From the NCBI RefSeq assembly GCF_009914755.1, contig NC_060941.1: a stretch of DNA of 64,000 nucleotides. One strand, written 5' to 3'. The notes beneath the pieces were generated by a model. It did not search any database, was not told the DNA's origin, and worked only from the letters and a program-made list of their open reading frames with translations. The translations under genes were made by a program, and so were the position numbers. Positions 1 to 14,628 of the stretch are shown here, piece after piece (the first letter of the stretch is position 1; each line of letters opens with the position of its first letter). The DNA is from the human T2T-CHM13v2.0 reference genome, Homo sapiens.

Positions 1-84
1 GAAAGAAAGAAAGAAAGAAAGAAAGAAAAAAGAAAAGAAAGAAAAGAAAAAAGGAAGGAAGGAAGAAAGGAAGGAAGAAAAAGA
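1..84 (+). repeat. (GAAA)n/(GGAA)n purine microsatellite
   Basis: Direct reading; may be the expanded tail of a retroelement upstream of the window. Confidence 0.95.
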
Positions 85-189
85 GATAATATGTTTTGGA
101 GAAAATATTGTGGACATTATTGGACTTAGTAACTGATTAGATAAGGTCATTATTAAAAAATAAGAAAAGTGAAAGCCAATGTTAAGCAC

Positions 190-700
190 TAGATCGGTAC
201 TATTTTTATCATGGGTAGGACAGTGATTTGTCATCACAGGAATAGACACTTAACCGTCAGGTACAGACTTGTCCTCTTTGCTTATAGCATACAACTAATA
301 TTTGTGGATTGCAGAGGCATTATTCATTGACTACGGTTCCGCTGACCACTCATTTAATGGCAATGGAAATGGAGCAAAAGATTCATGCTCATAGAAATAA
401 TGGGTCTTCCCATGTACCTCATTATGTAGAAAATACTAGCTTGATGAAATAGTAGATTATCTGTCAAAAGATCAATTGGGGTGCCATTTTGGAGGCAACA
501 CTATGTGAAGTTGATGTGCTATCCCACAGGATGGGATACAGGCCTTCAATCAGCAGTCAATACACAGTAATACCTAAGCCCAAATGCTTAGTCCAGGAAT
601 CAACAGATATAGGCAGCAGTGAACCACTATTACCACTACATCTGTAACTCATTTAAAGAATATCTGCTTCTTTCTTGTCCCAACAAAGTTGACCTGCAAG
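190..700 (+). mobile_element. Degenerate ERVL-class (HERV-L/ERVL-E-like) internal fragment, pol integrase region
   Basis: Colinear with recalled HERV-L integrase: atcacaggaatagacact (I-T-G-I-D-T), catgctcat...ggtcttcccatgtacc, gcttgatgaa, aatcagcagtcaatacac, gtccaggaatcaa, ctgcttc. Multiple stops and indels. Confidence 0.75.
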
Positions 701-2798
701 CATAAAAACAATCTCAAGATGAAATGCCTCTATTTTACAGCATTTACTTAATGCTGTTTGCATTTAATTTGCATTTAGTTTGTGTCATAACTTGACTGGG
801 AAAAAGGGTTTGTGTATTTGTGTTCAGTTTACTTACTGAACAGAATATTTATAACCCATTTTATTTGAAAGTGGTCACTATAAAATACTGTAAGTACATA
901 TAAGAAATAGGGGAGTTGTTTTCAGAATAAATCTCATTGACAAATATTTACCAGACATGAACATATACAGTCTGCTGTGCTAGGTTGTTGTTCAATATGC
1001 AGAAATAACAGAATCAATCTCAGAGTTTCTGGGTTCAAATCACAAGGTTGCATCTTTTTTAGCAGAGGAAACCAGAGGCTGTCTTTGGCAAACAGTGTTG
1101 AAAATAACATTCTCAAATTGCTACAGGAAGAAAATCAATGTCTAATTCACACATTTTATTCTCAGCCCAACCAGATATTTTCTTATATTTATGAAGAACT
1201 TGAGGAAACACAGCAGCCCTTCACTGTTCTCTTCACCAAGTTAACTCATGGCTTCCATGGTGCTTATATGATGCATGTGTGTCTAATAAAAAGTCAATAT
1301 TGTGCTAAATACAGTTTAGCCTATTTTTATTTTCATATGCATTATGTTAACAAATAAGTTTATGTTAGTATATTAGGAAAGTATGGCATTCCTGACATTT
1401 AATATACAGGGTTATATTCTTTTGGTGTTATAATTTCTGTTCAAGTTTGATTTCTGAGAATACACCATTGGCCTCCCTCAAGAACAAAACATCTCTATAT
1501 CCTCAGTGCCTTCTACAATGTCTGCCAAATAATAGGAATTCTGTAAATGCTAGCTATGCTTTTTTTGTTGATAGCCAGCATATGCGTATAGTTTGAAATC
1601 ATATTTATTTATTTTAAAGTAAATTCATAATTTTGTCCTAAGATATATCCAGAAGCAAGCAATAAAACTAGGCTGACTGCTAAGAATCAAGGTTGACCCT
1701 CAATGTATAAGCTTTCAGAATCAGAATATAAGTAGGAGGTCCAGGAATTTCATTGTAAATGCCTAAATCTCAAAGAAGAGCTGTGTTTGGATCTCCTCCC
1801 CTGTATTGGTATATATCTATGAGCTCTGCTCTTGAAGGCAGACAACTGATACTCTGATTGCTTTCCAAATTGAAAGCTTCACCTGCTGTTTGCAAACGTG
1901 TTCTCTTCTCTTCTGCCCTGTTATTGAACAAACAGGCATTGATTTCTATCTCTCTCTTAAAAGCAACAACATCCCACAGATAATAAAGACAGCCCTGCCT
2001 GCTTAGTGAAGAATTTAACTGAGACTGATATTAAAAAAAATATATTAAGACTCTGATTGTTTCACAGTCTGTTGGTAGATAGATTCCTGTTATGAAAATA
2101 ATGAATCTGATGTGACAGATGGAACAGGTGTAACTCACTAACTATTAATACATAGATTCCCAGAGAGAAAAGTATGTGGAAGATATTTATGACAGTGTTA
2201 CAGCTGAAAGCAGTTGGCTAAACAGACATATCAAAGGTGGCCAATGATACTTGTGCTTAGTAAGCAGAACTAAACTCTTCTTTTGGATGAAGATCAGCAC
2301 TTCCATAAAAAGTAAAGAAAGGGAAAAATTTTACATTGCTGTCAAAAATAATAGAATAGATCCTGCTTAAGGTGCTGAATACTTAGTGAGCCATACACTG
2401 AATAGCCTGTTATTAATATCTATTTAAAATATGTGTTTCACTTGGATTGTCAGTGTCCTATTTATGTTTATTTATTTTAAAATACCCTTTACATATGACC
2501 TCGAAAATAAGTGCATGGGAAATGAATAAAAGGAGACAGAGAGATTGATTCTGATTCATGATGGAAAGACTCACACTATCTGCAAATTCTCTGAATTTAT
2601 TTAAAATTTCGTGATTAATCAATCAACTAACTGATCCATTGAATCAATGACTTATTGATTTATTTATGCCTTTTGCTCTTCCTCCAATATTATGTTTTAT
2701 AGTCTTTCTGTCCCAGGAACTCTGATAAGTTTACAGATATACAGATATAAATAAATCATTATAGGGATCTATTTATTCATGACAAATATCAATTACGT

Positions 2799-2820
2799 AC
2801 ATATATATATATACACACAT

Positions 2821-2855
<35 letters not shown>
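2799..2855 (+). repeat. Compound (TA)n(CA)n(TA)n microsatellite
   Basis: Direct reading. Confidence 0.95.
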
Positions 2856-2859
2856 CCAG

Positions 2860-3362
2860 TGTTAAACAAAAAATCATACTGGACAAAATGAACAGACAGA
2901 AGTTGATTTTATTTTGATGCTATTGCCAGCAATAGAAGAGCAAACACAGGTCAAATCCGGATACCCAGCTCTGTAGGAGAATCAGAGGCAACCTGTGTGT
3001 GCTAATTGGTGCTACCCAAAGAAATGTAAACTCTGTGTCTTCATGGCAGGAGGTAGTTTACAAGTTGGAGCAACCTAGGCTCCTCCCTTTCCAAAGAAAC
3101 TGGAAGATAGGGGCATTACCTTTTGTGATGATTACATTTTAAAGAGAGATTTCCCAAATCCTTGAGAAACACATTCCTATATTGTAAAGCCAGCAAGGAG
3201 TTTCTAAAATGATCTACATCTCAAGGGGCAGGGGATTGATTTATAATTGCAAGTTTGCTAAAACAAATGCTCTAAGGAAAGGGAGGCCAGAAGCTTAGAG
3301 TCAGGAACAAGCCTGTCTAATGTTTAGTCAGGCTAAGGGAAATGTTAATTCCATCACGGTCA
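2860..3362 (-). mobile_element. ERV1-class solo LTR, MER67/MER31-like
   Basis: TG...CA termini. Reverse strand reads tgactaaacattagacaggcttgttcctgactcta...cttagagcatttg...aaacttgcaatt...ccccttgagatgtagatc, typical of MER67-group LTRs. Confidence 0.7.
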
Positions 3363-3567
3363 CTATGCAGCCCATCTAGCCCCATGCCAAAACACAAAGT
3401 ATTCTATTTGAGCCAAAAGGTTACATAAGGAATGGTTTGAGTGTCATTCAAAATCTGTATTGACCAAATCAACTGGTTGCTTTGGGATGCAGCAGAACAG
3501 GCACTGATAAGCACACAGTCTCTTGCAAAAATAAGTAAAATTAGAAAGAAATAGACAGGAAAAGGAT

Positions 3568-3762
3568 TTGCTGAGACTTCTTATGTTCCAGGCCCTGTAC
3601 TGTGTGTTGTTCATGCATTAAAACTAACCTAAGAAGTCAATGTTATTGTATCTAGTTAACAGGATGGAAAAGTGAGCCTCCGTGATATGGCTTGCCTAAT
3701 GTCTCAAAGTGGAATAACTGGGAGAACTGGCATTTGTACTTAACTTTGTTTGGTTTCCAAAC
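3568..3762 (-). mobile_element. MIR SINE
   Basis: ttatgttccaggccctgt...acaggatggaaaagtgagcc...cttgcctaatgtc...gaactggcatttg matches the reverse MIR core. Confidence 0.65.
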
Positions 3763-4639
3763 ACCAGGTTCAAAGCATTCAAGAATGTTACTTTCAGAAA
3801 ACACAGAGTTATGGACTAAAGACATTGAAGTTTCAATTCAGTAAAATTGATAAAATCTTAGAAGTGAGGACAAGAGAAGGAAGTATTGTCATCTGGCTCT
3901 TTTGAATGGCAGGGACAGCTGGCATTTCTTTTCTACCTCACATTAAATTCTTCTAGGAAATTAGGTTGTTCCTGTCTCTACTGTGGCTATTTAAACAACA
4001 ACACGAAAGGCACTTTTAAAAGAAAAATACATGTATGACATTGTATTCCAGAAACCTTGGCAAGAATTTTTCATCTTAATGAATGTACTCAATGAGATTC
4101 CTGAACAATTGTGTATGAACACATGAGTTAACCATTTAAAAGGGACCCAGATCGTTTAGAAGTCTTTGGAAATGAAGATACTGATAGCTGGGCATTTTCC
4201 TGGAACTGGAGTGGTTTCAGTGCTCCAGGGATCTATTTTTCAGTGATTTTATTTTCCTCCCTACCTCCCTCGCTTCCTGCCTCCCTCCCTTCCTTCCTTC
4301 CTTCATATCTGGCAGAATTGGATACAATCTTTAGTCTTCTCTTTTTACTCTGTCATCAGTAAGTGGTCTGGCTGCACATTATAAAAACACACTGGGGAAT
4401 AACAAGAACGCTCAGACCAGTATTATACAGCACTGGATTCTCAAGAGACAGTCTTGTAATTTTATTTATTGTTTGTTTATTTAAAAATGTGGTATTGGAG
4501 ATATATGAGATGTATGAGATATATACTACTGACAAAGATCCTGAGGATACCACAGAAAGAATATATGAGCCTCCAACACACTACAAAATATTTCAGAGGG
4601 TTATATTTTTTGGCCCAGAAAATAAATGTTTTAAATATG

Positions 4640-5240
4640 CTTTTACTGAAATACAAAACCAGTGGAGAGAAGCATACAAATCATCAGTGCATGAATCAAT
4701 GAATGATCCATGAAGTCCATAAGTCTTGCAAACACCTCCCAGACCAAGAATTATGGTGTTTACTCACCCCAGAAGCTTCGCTGAATCCTCTTCCAATCAT
4801 AATCCCTGCCCTCCATGCACTAGCAGTCCCAGACATCCTATATCCAATCTAAAATTCACTTCCTATAAAGGCTAGTCTTGCTTTGACTTGCCTTTACTCC
4901 TGGCATGTAAACTTTAGGGTCCTTAGCCCAAAGTCACAAGAGAGCTTAGCTCCAGTTTTTATCCTCTGGTCCTCATGAGTCTGTTCAAAAGATTTCAATT
5001 TCTGAGCTGCTTGGCTGCCTCTTCCAAAATGTGCATGTACCTAGGGGAAAAGTGACCCCAAATGTTGAGCTTACTTTTCTGCATTTTCTTATCTACAGTA
5101 TCTTCATCCAGTCATTCTTCATCATCTTATTAGTGCCCTGATGACTTTGAGCAGGTTGTTGAAATTCAAATTTTCTAGTTGATTTCAGTGGGCAGGTCTG
5201 TTCAAAGTACTCATTCTACTATTGCCAGCAGCAGAATTCC
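4640..5240 (-). mobile_element. Ancient L1ME fragments (3' end plus 5'-region piece)
   Basis: acaaatcatcagtg...cccagaccaagaa...caccccagaagc resembles the L1ME 3' UTR reversed; ttttctagttgatttcagtgggcagg resembles the L1ME 5' end. Confidence 0.5.
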
Positions 5241-5729
5241 CCTTCACAGACATTTATGGCAACCTTATTGTTAAACAATGGAATAGGAGGCGTGTGTGTA
5301 TGTGTGTGCATGTGTGTGCTGATAAGGAAATAGGTTTTAGGAAGGTTAAGCAATTTCCTTGACATTATATACCTAGTAAATAGATGTCTTGTTCAGTTGC
5401 TCTATATGTATGACTTTAATTTGCCTCTGAAAAGGGCATTTAGAAGTTTAAAAATACGCCGGCTTTTATTCCCTCTCACAAGGCAATCAACAAGTTAACA
5501 TAGTTCTTTGGCATTTTATAAATAAAATCCCTTAGAATAGGACTCAGAAATAATAATTATTAATAATTTCTGTCCCTGTAAAACTGACTTAGTTTCATCA
5601 AAGTCCTTTGATTATAGATTATTTTCAAGCATCTTTTCATTGAGTCGGGATATGGCATCTTAGAGCTAATACAACATTTCTCTCTCTAAGTCTTTTGCCC
5701 CAAAGATGAAAATAGATTCAAATTAATGT

Positions 5730-5955
5730 ATTGTTTAAGATTGTGAATTCTTGAGCTGGAACACCTGGGTTTAATCTTGACTCTGCTACTTATTGGCTGT
5801 GTGACTACACAAGTTAACATCACCTTTCTAAGCCTCATTTTCCTGAAGGCAATGATACTTCCTATCCTATTGCGCTGCTGTGAGATTAATTAAATGAATG
5901 CACTAAAAACATTAGCATTGTGTCTGGTAGAAATATAGTACACAATAAATATTTT
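5730..5955 (+). mobile_element. MIR SINE
   Basis: cctgggtttaatcttgactctgctacttattggctgtgtgac...aagcctcattttcct...taaatgaatgc...caataaatatt. Confidence 0.8.
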
Positions 5956-5974
5956 TTATTGTTTTAATTTCTAG

Positions 5975-6274
<300 letters not shown>

Positions 6275-6334
6275 TAAAGCTTAAAGCAAAAAGACTTAAA
6301 GTCAAGTCTTTTTGTTCAAGATGTACCTGAACAC

Positions 6335-6364
6335 CCAACCTGGCGACAGAGCAAGACTCCATCT

Positions 6365-6393
<29 letters not shown>
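6335..6393 (+). mobile_element. Extremely truncated Alu (last ~32 nt plus poly-A)
   Basis: ccaacctggcgacagagcaagactccatctca followed by an A-tail, between perfect 17-bp TSDs aagatgtacctgaacac (6318-6334 and 6394-6410). Confidence 0.9.
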
Positions 6394-6395
<2 letters not shown>

Positions 6396-7116
6396 GATGT
6401 ACCTGAACACATTTTTTGCTATGATCAACATTCAACATAAGGATATCGACAGAATCAAAACAGCTTGCCAAGTATATTTCTTTGCACTCACATGGCAATT
6501 TGCACTCTCCTGGAAAAATAAGGAATGCCCAACAGAAACTTGAAAGGATCTCATCTGTGGCACAAGGCAGGAGAGTTTCATGCAACCACTTCTTCAGGTG
6601 AATGATTTCATTAGCAATGTTTGATAATGCTCAATGAATAAGCGTAAAGTATGTTAAAACTTAATCATTCGTTTGTATTCTGGTGCATCTGGACCAGACC
6701 AACCTGACTGTGGTTGTGGTATGAGGATGTAATCTGTTGTTAAGTTAGCATTATCATTTTTTTAAATTTAATTTAATTTTTATTTATTTTTTCCAGCATG
6801 CCTCTCCCACGTGGAAAGACCAAATAGTGAGTGGAGATTCACAGTGTAAACTTTTTTCCAGGAAGCAATGCACAAACTTAACAGGAAACCATAAAGAAAC
6901 TACAGGCCCTTTGAAAGAAGTGGCAGGCTGCAGCCTATACTATGAGCCAAGTGAAAAACTTTAGGTCCCCAGAGTGTGAGAGTGGCAGAGACTGCCTCCA
7001 GGATACATTAAAACATCCCCACTGGGGAACCTGGTAATCCAGCCCATGGGGGAAGGCCTTAAACCTACGCAGGGACTGATATAGGCAGTCATGGGGAATA
7101 TAAAAGTAGGAGCAGC

Positions 7117-7410
7117 GGCCGGGCGTGGTGGCTCACGCCTGTAATCCCAGCACTTTGGGAGGCTGAGATGGGCAGATCACGAGGTCAGGAGTTCGAGACC
7201 AGCCTGGCCAATATGGGAAACCCCGTCTTTACTAAAAATACAAAAATTAGCTGGGCATGGTGATGCACGCCTGTAGTCCCAGCTACTCAGCAGGCTGAGG
7301 CAGAAGAATCGCTTGAACCCAGGAGGCAGAGGTTGCAGTGCGCAAAGGTTGCGCCACTCCAGCCTGGGTGAGAAAGCAAAACTCCGTCTCAAAAAAAAAA
7401 AAAAAAAAAA
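7117..7410 (+). mobile_element. Alu (AluSg-like) in the L1 5' UTR
   Basis: Full dimer with poly-A; TSD aaaagtag(g/c)agcagc. Confidence 0.95.
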
Positions 7411-10007
7411 AGTAGCAGCAGCAGCTAGAAGAGACTTGCACACATCTGCAGTCTCCAGTGTGGGCTGAGGGAACTCATTCCTGATTTTATGTCACAGGGG
7501 ACCTCGTGGATGTCTGCCAACTAACTCAGGCAGTGGTGGCAGGTTCAAAGAAGCTCCCATTGAAATTCATGATATTATCTCAAGTAAGAAAAAACTTCCT
7601 TGGCCAGAACCAGCATGCGAGCGGGAAGTGTGCTGCAGCCACAGGCACAGAAACTAGGCGCCCAGCTTTGCAAGTAGAAGGGGAGGGGCATATCCTGAAA
7701 GCTGAGGTTCCTGTCTCCAAGAGGAAGGCTTATGGCTTGGGGCACTTTTGAATTCTAGAGTAGATGAGAGTAGACTGCCTAGAATTTAGCTAGTTGCTGC
7801 TAGAAAACACTGTGGGTGAGATTCCTGCCTTGCCAAGTGCATGAAAGCTGGGTGAGGCTTACTGCCACCTGCTACTCCACAACCCCCGCACAAACTCTTC
7901 TGTGCAGCAGAAGCAGTTATACTCTTTCCAGGAAAAGTATCACAGTGGCCAGAAAACTGCCTCCCCATGCACACAGATCCCAACAGGGTCTTCTGGTTAC
8001 CTTGCAAGTGTAGAGCCAGAGTTCAGACCTGCCTGACTCAGCATCCACCTGGCTTTGCCACTCCAACCACCTTAGTAGCTTAACACAAAAGATGGAAACT
8101 TTTGGGAGCTCTATATCCCCATCCATTGCCTGACAAACTAGAGTGCCTCCACTGGATAACAGAAGGAAAGCACTAATCCCACTGCTACTACTACAGCTGA
8201 TGCATGACCTCAGCTATCACCATTGTTTGAGGCTAACCAGGAGGTCCTGAGTCTGTTCATGTGACCAGTTCATTACTATTACAACTGGCATTTGAGAAAG
8301 CCACCATGCTAAGGCTATCTATAACCAAGGAATCTCACAGAATCTATGTCGCTCTCCTGCCATCCCAATCAGAGTGGGTGCTGGTACTTGCTGCTAGGAG
8401 ACTTGGGGACAGGACACATACATATCACTGGATCCCTTATAGACATTCCCCAGCTCCAGGCTGGAGTGTGGCAGCCCCACTATGCAGCTAGACCCAGAGG
8501 AGTAGTAGCATTCACAGTAGTTTGGCTCTCAGGGACTTCTATTCCTAAGGAAAGGAGTAGTGCACCATATCAAGGGTACAATCCAAGGGTCAAAAGAATC
8601 CAGTCAGTAGGACTCAAGCCCCAGATCTTTCCACTGGTTAGAAGTTTTCTTCAGCAGAGGCACAGTTGCTGTGCTGGGCTCAGCAGGGAAAGGCTGCAGC
8701 TCTAGCTCAACAGACAGGCAGACCTGGTACTCATGAAAGGTCTTGGACCTTTTTTCCCTGCTTTTTCCCCCTCATCCACCACTGCAGAAACAACTGGTGC
8801 TTCTACTACAGAAGCTCAGCGTGTGTGTACCTATAGGCAGCCTTTCTGGAACACTGCCTTCCCACAGATGGAGTATTCTCCAGGTTCCAGCTTACAGAAG
8901 AGATACAAACATAATTCCTCTCTACTTGGAACATCAACACTCCTGCAGATAAAAAAAGGTACCTATATGACCTGAATAGCCAAACACTGGGTCAAGAGTA
9001 TGTCTGGGAGGAGGATCTATTTCCTGCTGGCCTGACAGAGGAGCTGAGGTGACTCCCACCTTTCCCCATCATAAGACTTCAGTGGGATTCCCTGCGAGCT
9101 CCCCTAGCCACTTTTGTCAAGGCTGGGACCCTCTCCCCACCATTGGGTATTGCGTGTACCCACCGGAGTTAGCCACAACCAGTTTCTTCCTAGGGACACC
9201 TCCCCTATTGGCCCAGAATCTGAACTATTCAACCCAGTAAATAAAATACTAGGGAAAATATAAGTAAAAAGTGCACTTCATAGGGGAATGAGATAAGCTT
9301 CAAGACACTTCTGCCATTCCAACCCAATAGTAGACAGTGAACTTGCTCACACACCAAGTATATTTCTACAACCAGTATCTGAGAAAACAGTCATAGAAAG
9401 ACTCTCTATAACCAAGAATATCATACAAAGTCTTCATCCTTGAAAGCACCAAGAGCCAAATTAAGCTATAATAAACTATAAACATTAAAGTCACACTTTT
9501 AGAGAGAAAATAAATTTTTTAAAAAACCACACAGTCAAATAAAAAATAAATTCAAGAATAATTAAAAGAAAGAACCCACACAAATGAAAAGAGACAAGAA
9601 AAATAATTCTGGTAATATGACCAAACAGGGTTCTATGACACTCCCAAAATATCACATTAGCTTTCAGCAATGGATCCAAACTAAGGGCTAATCTTTGAAA
9701 TACAAGATAAAGAATCCAGAAGGTAGATTATTAAGTTACTCAAGGAGATACAAGAGAAAGGTGAAAACTAACATAATTTTTTTAAAATCAGAATATGAAT
9801 GAAAAATTTTCTAAAGAGATCGACATTATAAATAAAAACCAATTAGAAATTCTGGAAATCAAAGATACACTTAGGAAATTACAAAATGCAGTGGAAAGTT
9901 TTAAAAATAGACTTGAACAAGTAGATGAATTTCAGAGCTCGAGGACAAGGATTTCAAATTAACCCAATGATACACACACACAAAAAAAAGAATAAAAAAA
10001 ATTAACT

Positions 10008-10328
<321 letters not shown>

Positions 10329-13300
10329 TTAACTAAGTCTCCAAGAAATATGGGATCATGTAAAATGGCCAGACCTAAGAATAACTGGTTGTTCCTGAGG
10401 GAGAAGGGAAAGTAAAAAGTTTGAAAAACTTATTTGGGGGAACGATTGAGGAAAATTTTCCTTGCCTTGCTAGAAATTTAGATATCCAAATACAAGAAAC
10501 ACAAAGAACTCCTGAGAGATTTGCACAAAAGGGACTTCACCAAGTCATATAGTCATCAGGCTATCTAAAGGCAACATGAAGGAAAGAATTATGAGAGCAA
10601 TGAGACAGAAGCACAAGGTAACTTATGAAGAAAAATCTATCAGACTAAGACACTTCTCACCAGAATTATAAGCCAGAAGAGACTGGAGTCCTATCTTTAG
10701 CTTCCTTAAATAAAATAACTGTCAGCCAAGAATTTTGTATTCAGCAAAAATACGTTTCATAAATGAAGGAGAAATAAAGTCATTTTCAGAGAAAAAAAAA
10801 TGCTGATGGAATTTTTTTGCTACCAGACACTACCAGCCCTCCAAGAAATGCTAAAAAGAGTTCTAAATCCTGAAACAAAAGGTTGATTGGCACCAGAATA
10901 GAACCTCTTAATATAATAAAACTTACAGAGCCTATAAAACCATAACAATGTAAAAACAAAGTATCTAGGTAACAACATGATGACTGGAACAATACCTCAC
11001 GTCTAAATATTAACATTGATTGTAAATGGCCTAAATATTCCACTTAAAAGATACAGATTGTCAGAATGGATAAAAAAATCAAATATCTGCTGTCTTAAGA
11101 TAGTTACCTAAGATGTAAGGATTCAAATAAACTCAAGTAAAGGAGTGGAAAAAGATATTCCACACAAATGGAAACCAAAAGTGAGCAGGAATAGCTAGTA
11201 ACTTTGAAACAACAACACTAAAAAAAAAAAAAAAAGGACAAAGAATGTCATTATATAATAATATAAGGATCAATCCAGTAAGATGATATTACAATCATAA
11301 ATGTATATGCATTTAGTACTGGAGCTCCCAGATTCATAAAACATTTACTACTAGACCCAAAAAATGAGATAGATACCAACAGAATAATAGTGGGGTGCTT
11401 CAATACTCCACTGACAGCACTAGAAGATCATCGAGACAGAAAGTCAACAAAGAAAACATGGACTTAAACTACAATCTAGAACAAACTAAACCTAAAGCTA
11501 GAAGAATAAAAGAAATGAAAAAGATCAGAGCAGAGCTAAATGAAATTGAAACAAAAAAAAACAAAACATGAATGAAACAAATAGCTGGTTCTTTGAAAAG
11601 ATATGCAAAATTGATAGACCATTAGTTGTATTAGCCAACTAAAGAAGACAGAGGACAATTAGAAATGAAACTGGAGACATTACAACTGACATTACAGAAA
11701 TAAAAAGATCATTTGATACGACTGTGAGCACCTCAGTGCACATAAACTAGAAAATTTAGAGGAAATGGGTAAATTTCTGGAACCATACAACCCTCCTAGA
11801 TTAAACCAGGAAGAAATAGATACCTTGAACACACTAATAACAAGCAATGAAATTGAATTAGTAAAAAAATGCCAACAAAAAAAAGCCCAGGGACAGAGGG
11901 ATTCATAGCTGATGCTTCCAGACTTTGAAAGAACAACTGGTGCCAATTACACTGACATTATTCCAAAAGACTGAGAAAAAGAGAATCCTCTTTAACTTAT
12001 TCTATGAACCATTATCACCCTGATACCAAAATCAGGAAAGGATGTTTTAAAAAAAGAAAACAACAGACCAATATCCCTGATGAACACAGATGCAAAAATC
12101 CTCAACAAAATACCACCTAACTCAATCCCATAGCACATCAAAATGATTATAATACACTATAATCAAAAGAGTTTCACTCCAGGAATTCAGGAATGTTTTA
12201 TCACACTCAAGTAAATAAACGTGATATAGCACACAACAAGAATTATAATCATTTCAATAGATGAAGAAAAAGCATTCAATGAAATCCAGCATCCCTTTAT
12301 GATAAAAACACTTGATAAACTAGGCATAGAAGGAACTTACCTCAAAATAATAAAAGCCATTTGTGATAAAGCCACAGCCGGCATCACAATGAATGGGGAG
12401 AAGTTGAAGGCATTCCCCCTGAGAACAGGAACAAGACAATGATGCCCAATTCCACCAGTTCTATTCAACGTAGTACTGGAAGTCCTACCCAGAACAATCA
12501 GGCAAGAAAAACAAATAAAAGACATCCAAATTGGAAAAGAGGAGGTCAAAGTATTGCTGTGTGCTGATGATATGATCATACACCTAGGAAACCCTACGGA
12601 CTTCTCCAAAAGACTCCTAGATTTGATAAACAAATTCAGTAAAGTGTCAGGTTACAAACCAATGTACACAAATTAGTAGCATGGCTATACACCAATAAAC
12701 ACAAAACTGAGAATTAAATTAAGAACTCAATCCCTTTTACAACAGCTACAAAAACAACAAAAAAAACCCTAAGATTATACTTAACCAAGGAAGTGAAATA
12801 TCTCAACAAAGAACTATGAAACACTGCTAAAAGAAATCATAAGTGACAAACAAATAGGAACACATCCCATGCTCACGGATTGGAATAATCAATATCATGA
12901 AAATGACCATGTTGCCCAAAGCAATCTATAGATTCAATGCAATTACTATCAAAAATACCAACATCATTTTTTACAGAATTAAAAAAAATCCTAAAATTCA
13001 TAGGGAACCAAAAAAAGAGCCCAAATACCCAAAGCAATCCTAAGCAAAAAGAACAAATCTGGATTACCAGATTTTAAATTATACTATAAGGCTATAGTTT
13101 CAAAACAGAATGGTACTGGTATAAAAGCAGGCACAAAGACCAATGGAATAGAATAGAGAACACAGAAATAAAACCAAATACTTAAGACCAACTGACCTTT
13201 GACAAAGCATACAAAAACATAAACTAGGGAAAGAACACCCTATTTAATAAATGGTGCTGGGAAAACTAGCTAGCCACATGTAGAAGAATGAAACTGGATC

Positions 13301-14290
13301 TTTATCTCTCACCTTATACGAAAATCAACTGAAGATTGGTCAAAGACTTATTCTAAAACCTGAAACCATAAAAATTCTGGAGGATAACCTAGGAAAAACT
13401 CTTCTGAACATCGGCCTAGGCAAAAATTAATGACGAAGGCCCCAAAATCAAATGTAACAAAAATGAAAATAAATAAATGGGAAATTATTACACCAAAAAA
13501 GCATCCGTAGAGCAAAAATAATAATCATCAGAGTAAACTGACAACCCACAGGATGGAAGAAAATATTTGAAAAATATGCATCCAACCAAGGACTGATATC
13601 CACAATCCACAAGGAACTCAAACTAATCAGCAAGAAGAAAACAAATAATCCCACTCAAAAGTGGGCAAATGACATAAACAGACATTTCTCAAAAGAAGAT
13701 ATATAAATGGCAAACAGACATATGAAACAATGCTCAATATCACTGCAAAATGCAAATTAAAACTGCCAATAAGATATCATCTTACTCCTACAAGATGGGC
13801 CATTATTAGCAAGTCAAAAAACAATAGATGGTGGCGTGGATGTGGTGAAAGGAGGACACTTAAACACTTCTGATGGGAATGTAAATTAGTGCAACTTCTT
13901 TGGAAAATGGTTTGGAGATAGCTTAAAGAACTAAAAGTAGATCTACCATTTGATTCAGCAATCCCGCTACTGAGTATCTACCCAAAAGAGAAGAAGTCAT
14001 TATATCAAACCATACCTGCATGTATTATGGTGGTGCAAAGCACAATTCACAATTGCAGAATAGAACTCACTGGAAAATTCAGAATCAACATAAGTGCCCA
14101 TTGACCAATGAGTGGATAAAGAATATGAGGTACATATACTACAAGGAGTACTACTCAGCTGTAAATTAGAATGAAATAATGTCTTTTGCAGCAAATTGGA
14201 TAGAGCTGGAGGCTATAATTCTAAGTAAAGTAACTCACAAATGGAAAACCAAATATCATATGTTCTCACTTACAAGTGGTAGCTAAGCTA

Positions 14291-14628
<338 letters not shown>

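Noticed and set aside
977-1357. 126-aa ORF
   Set aside because: Non-ATG start, AT-rich, no recognisable domain; length is compatible with chance
4363-4713. 116-aa ORF
   Set aside because: Non-ATG start, includes a 9-bp micro-repeat, runs into an L1ME relic and has no recognisable homology
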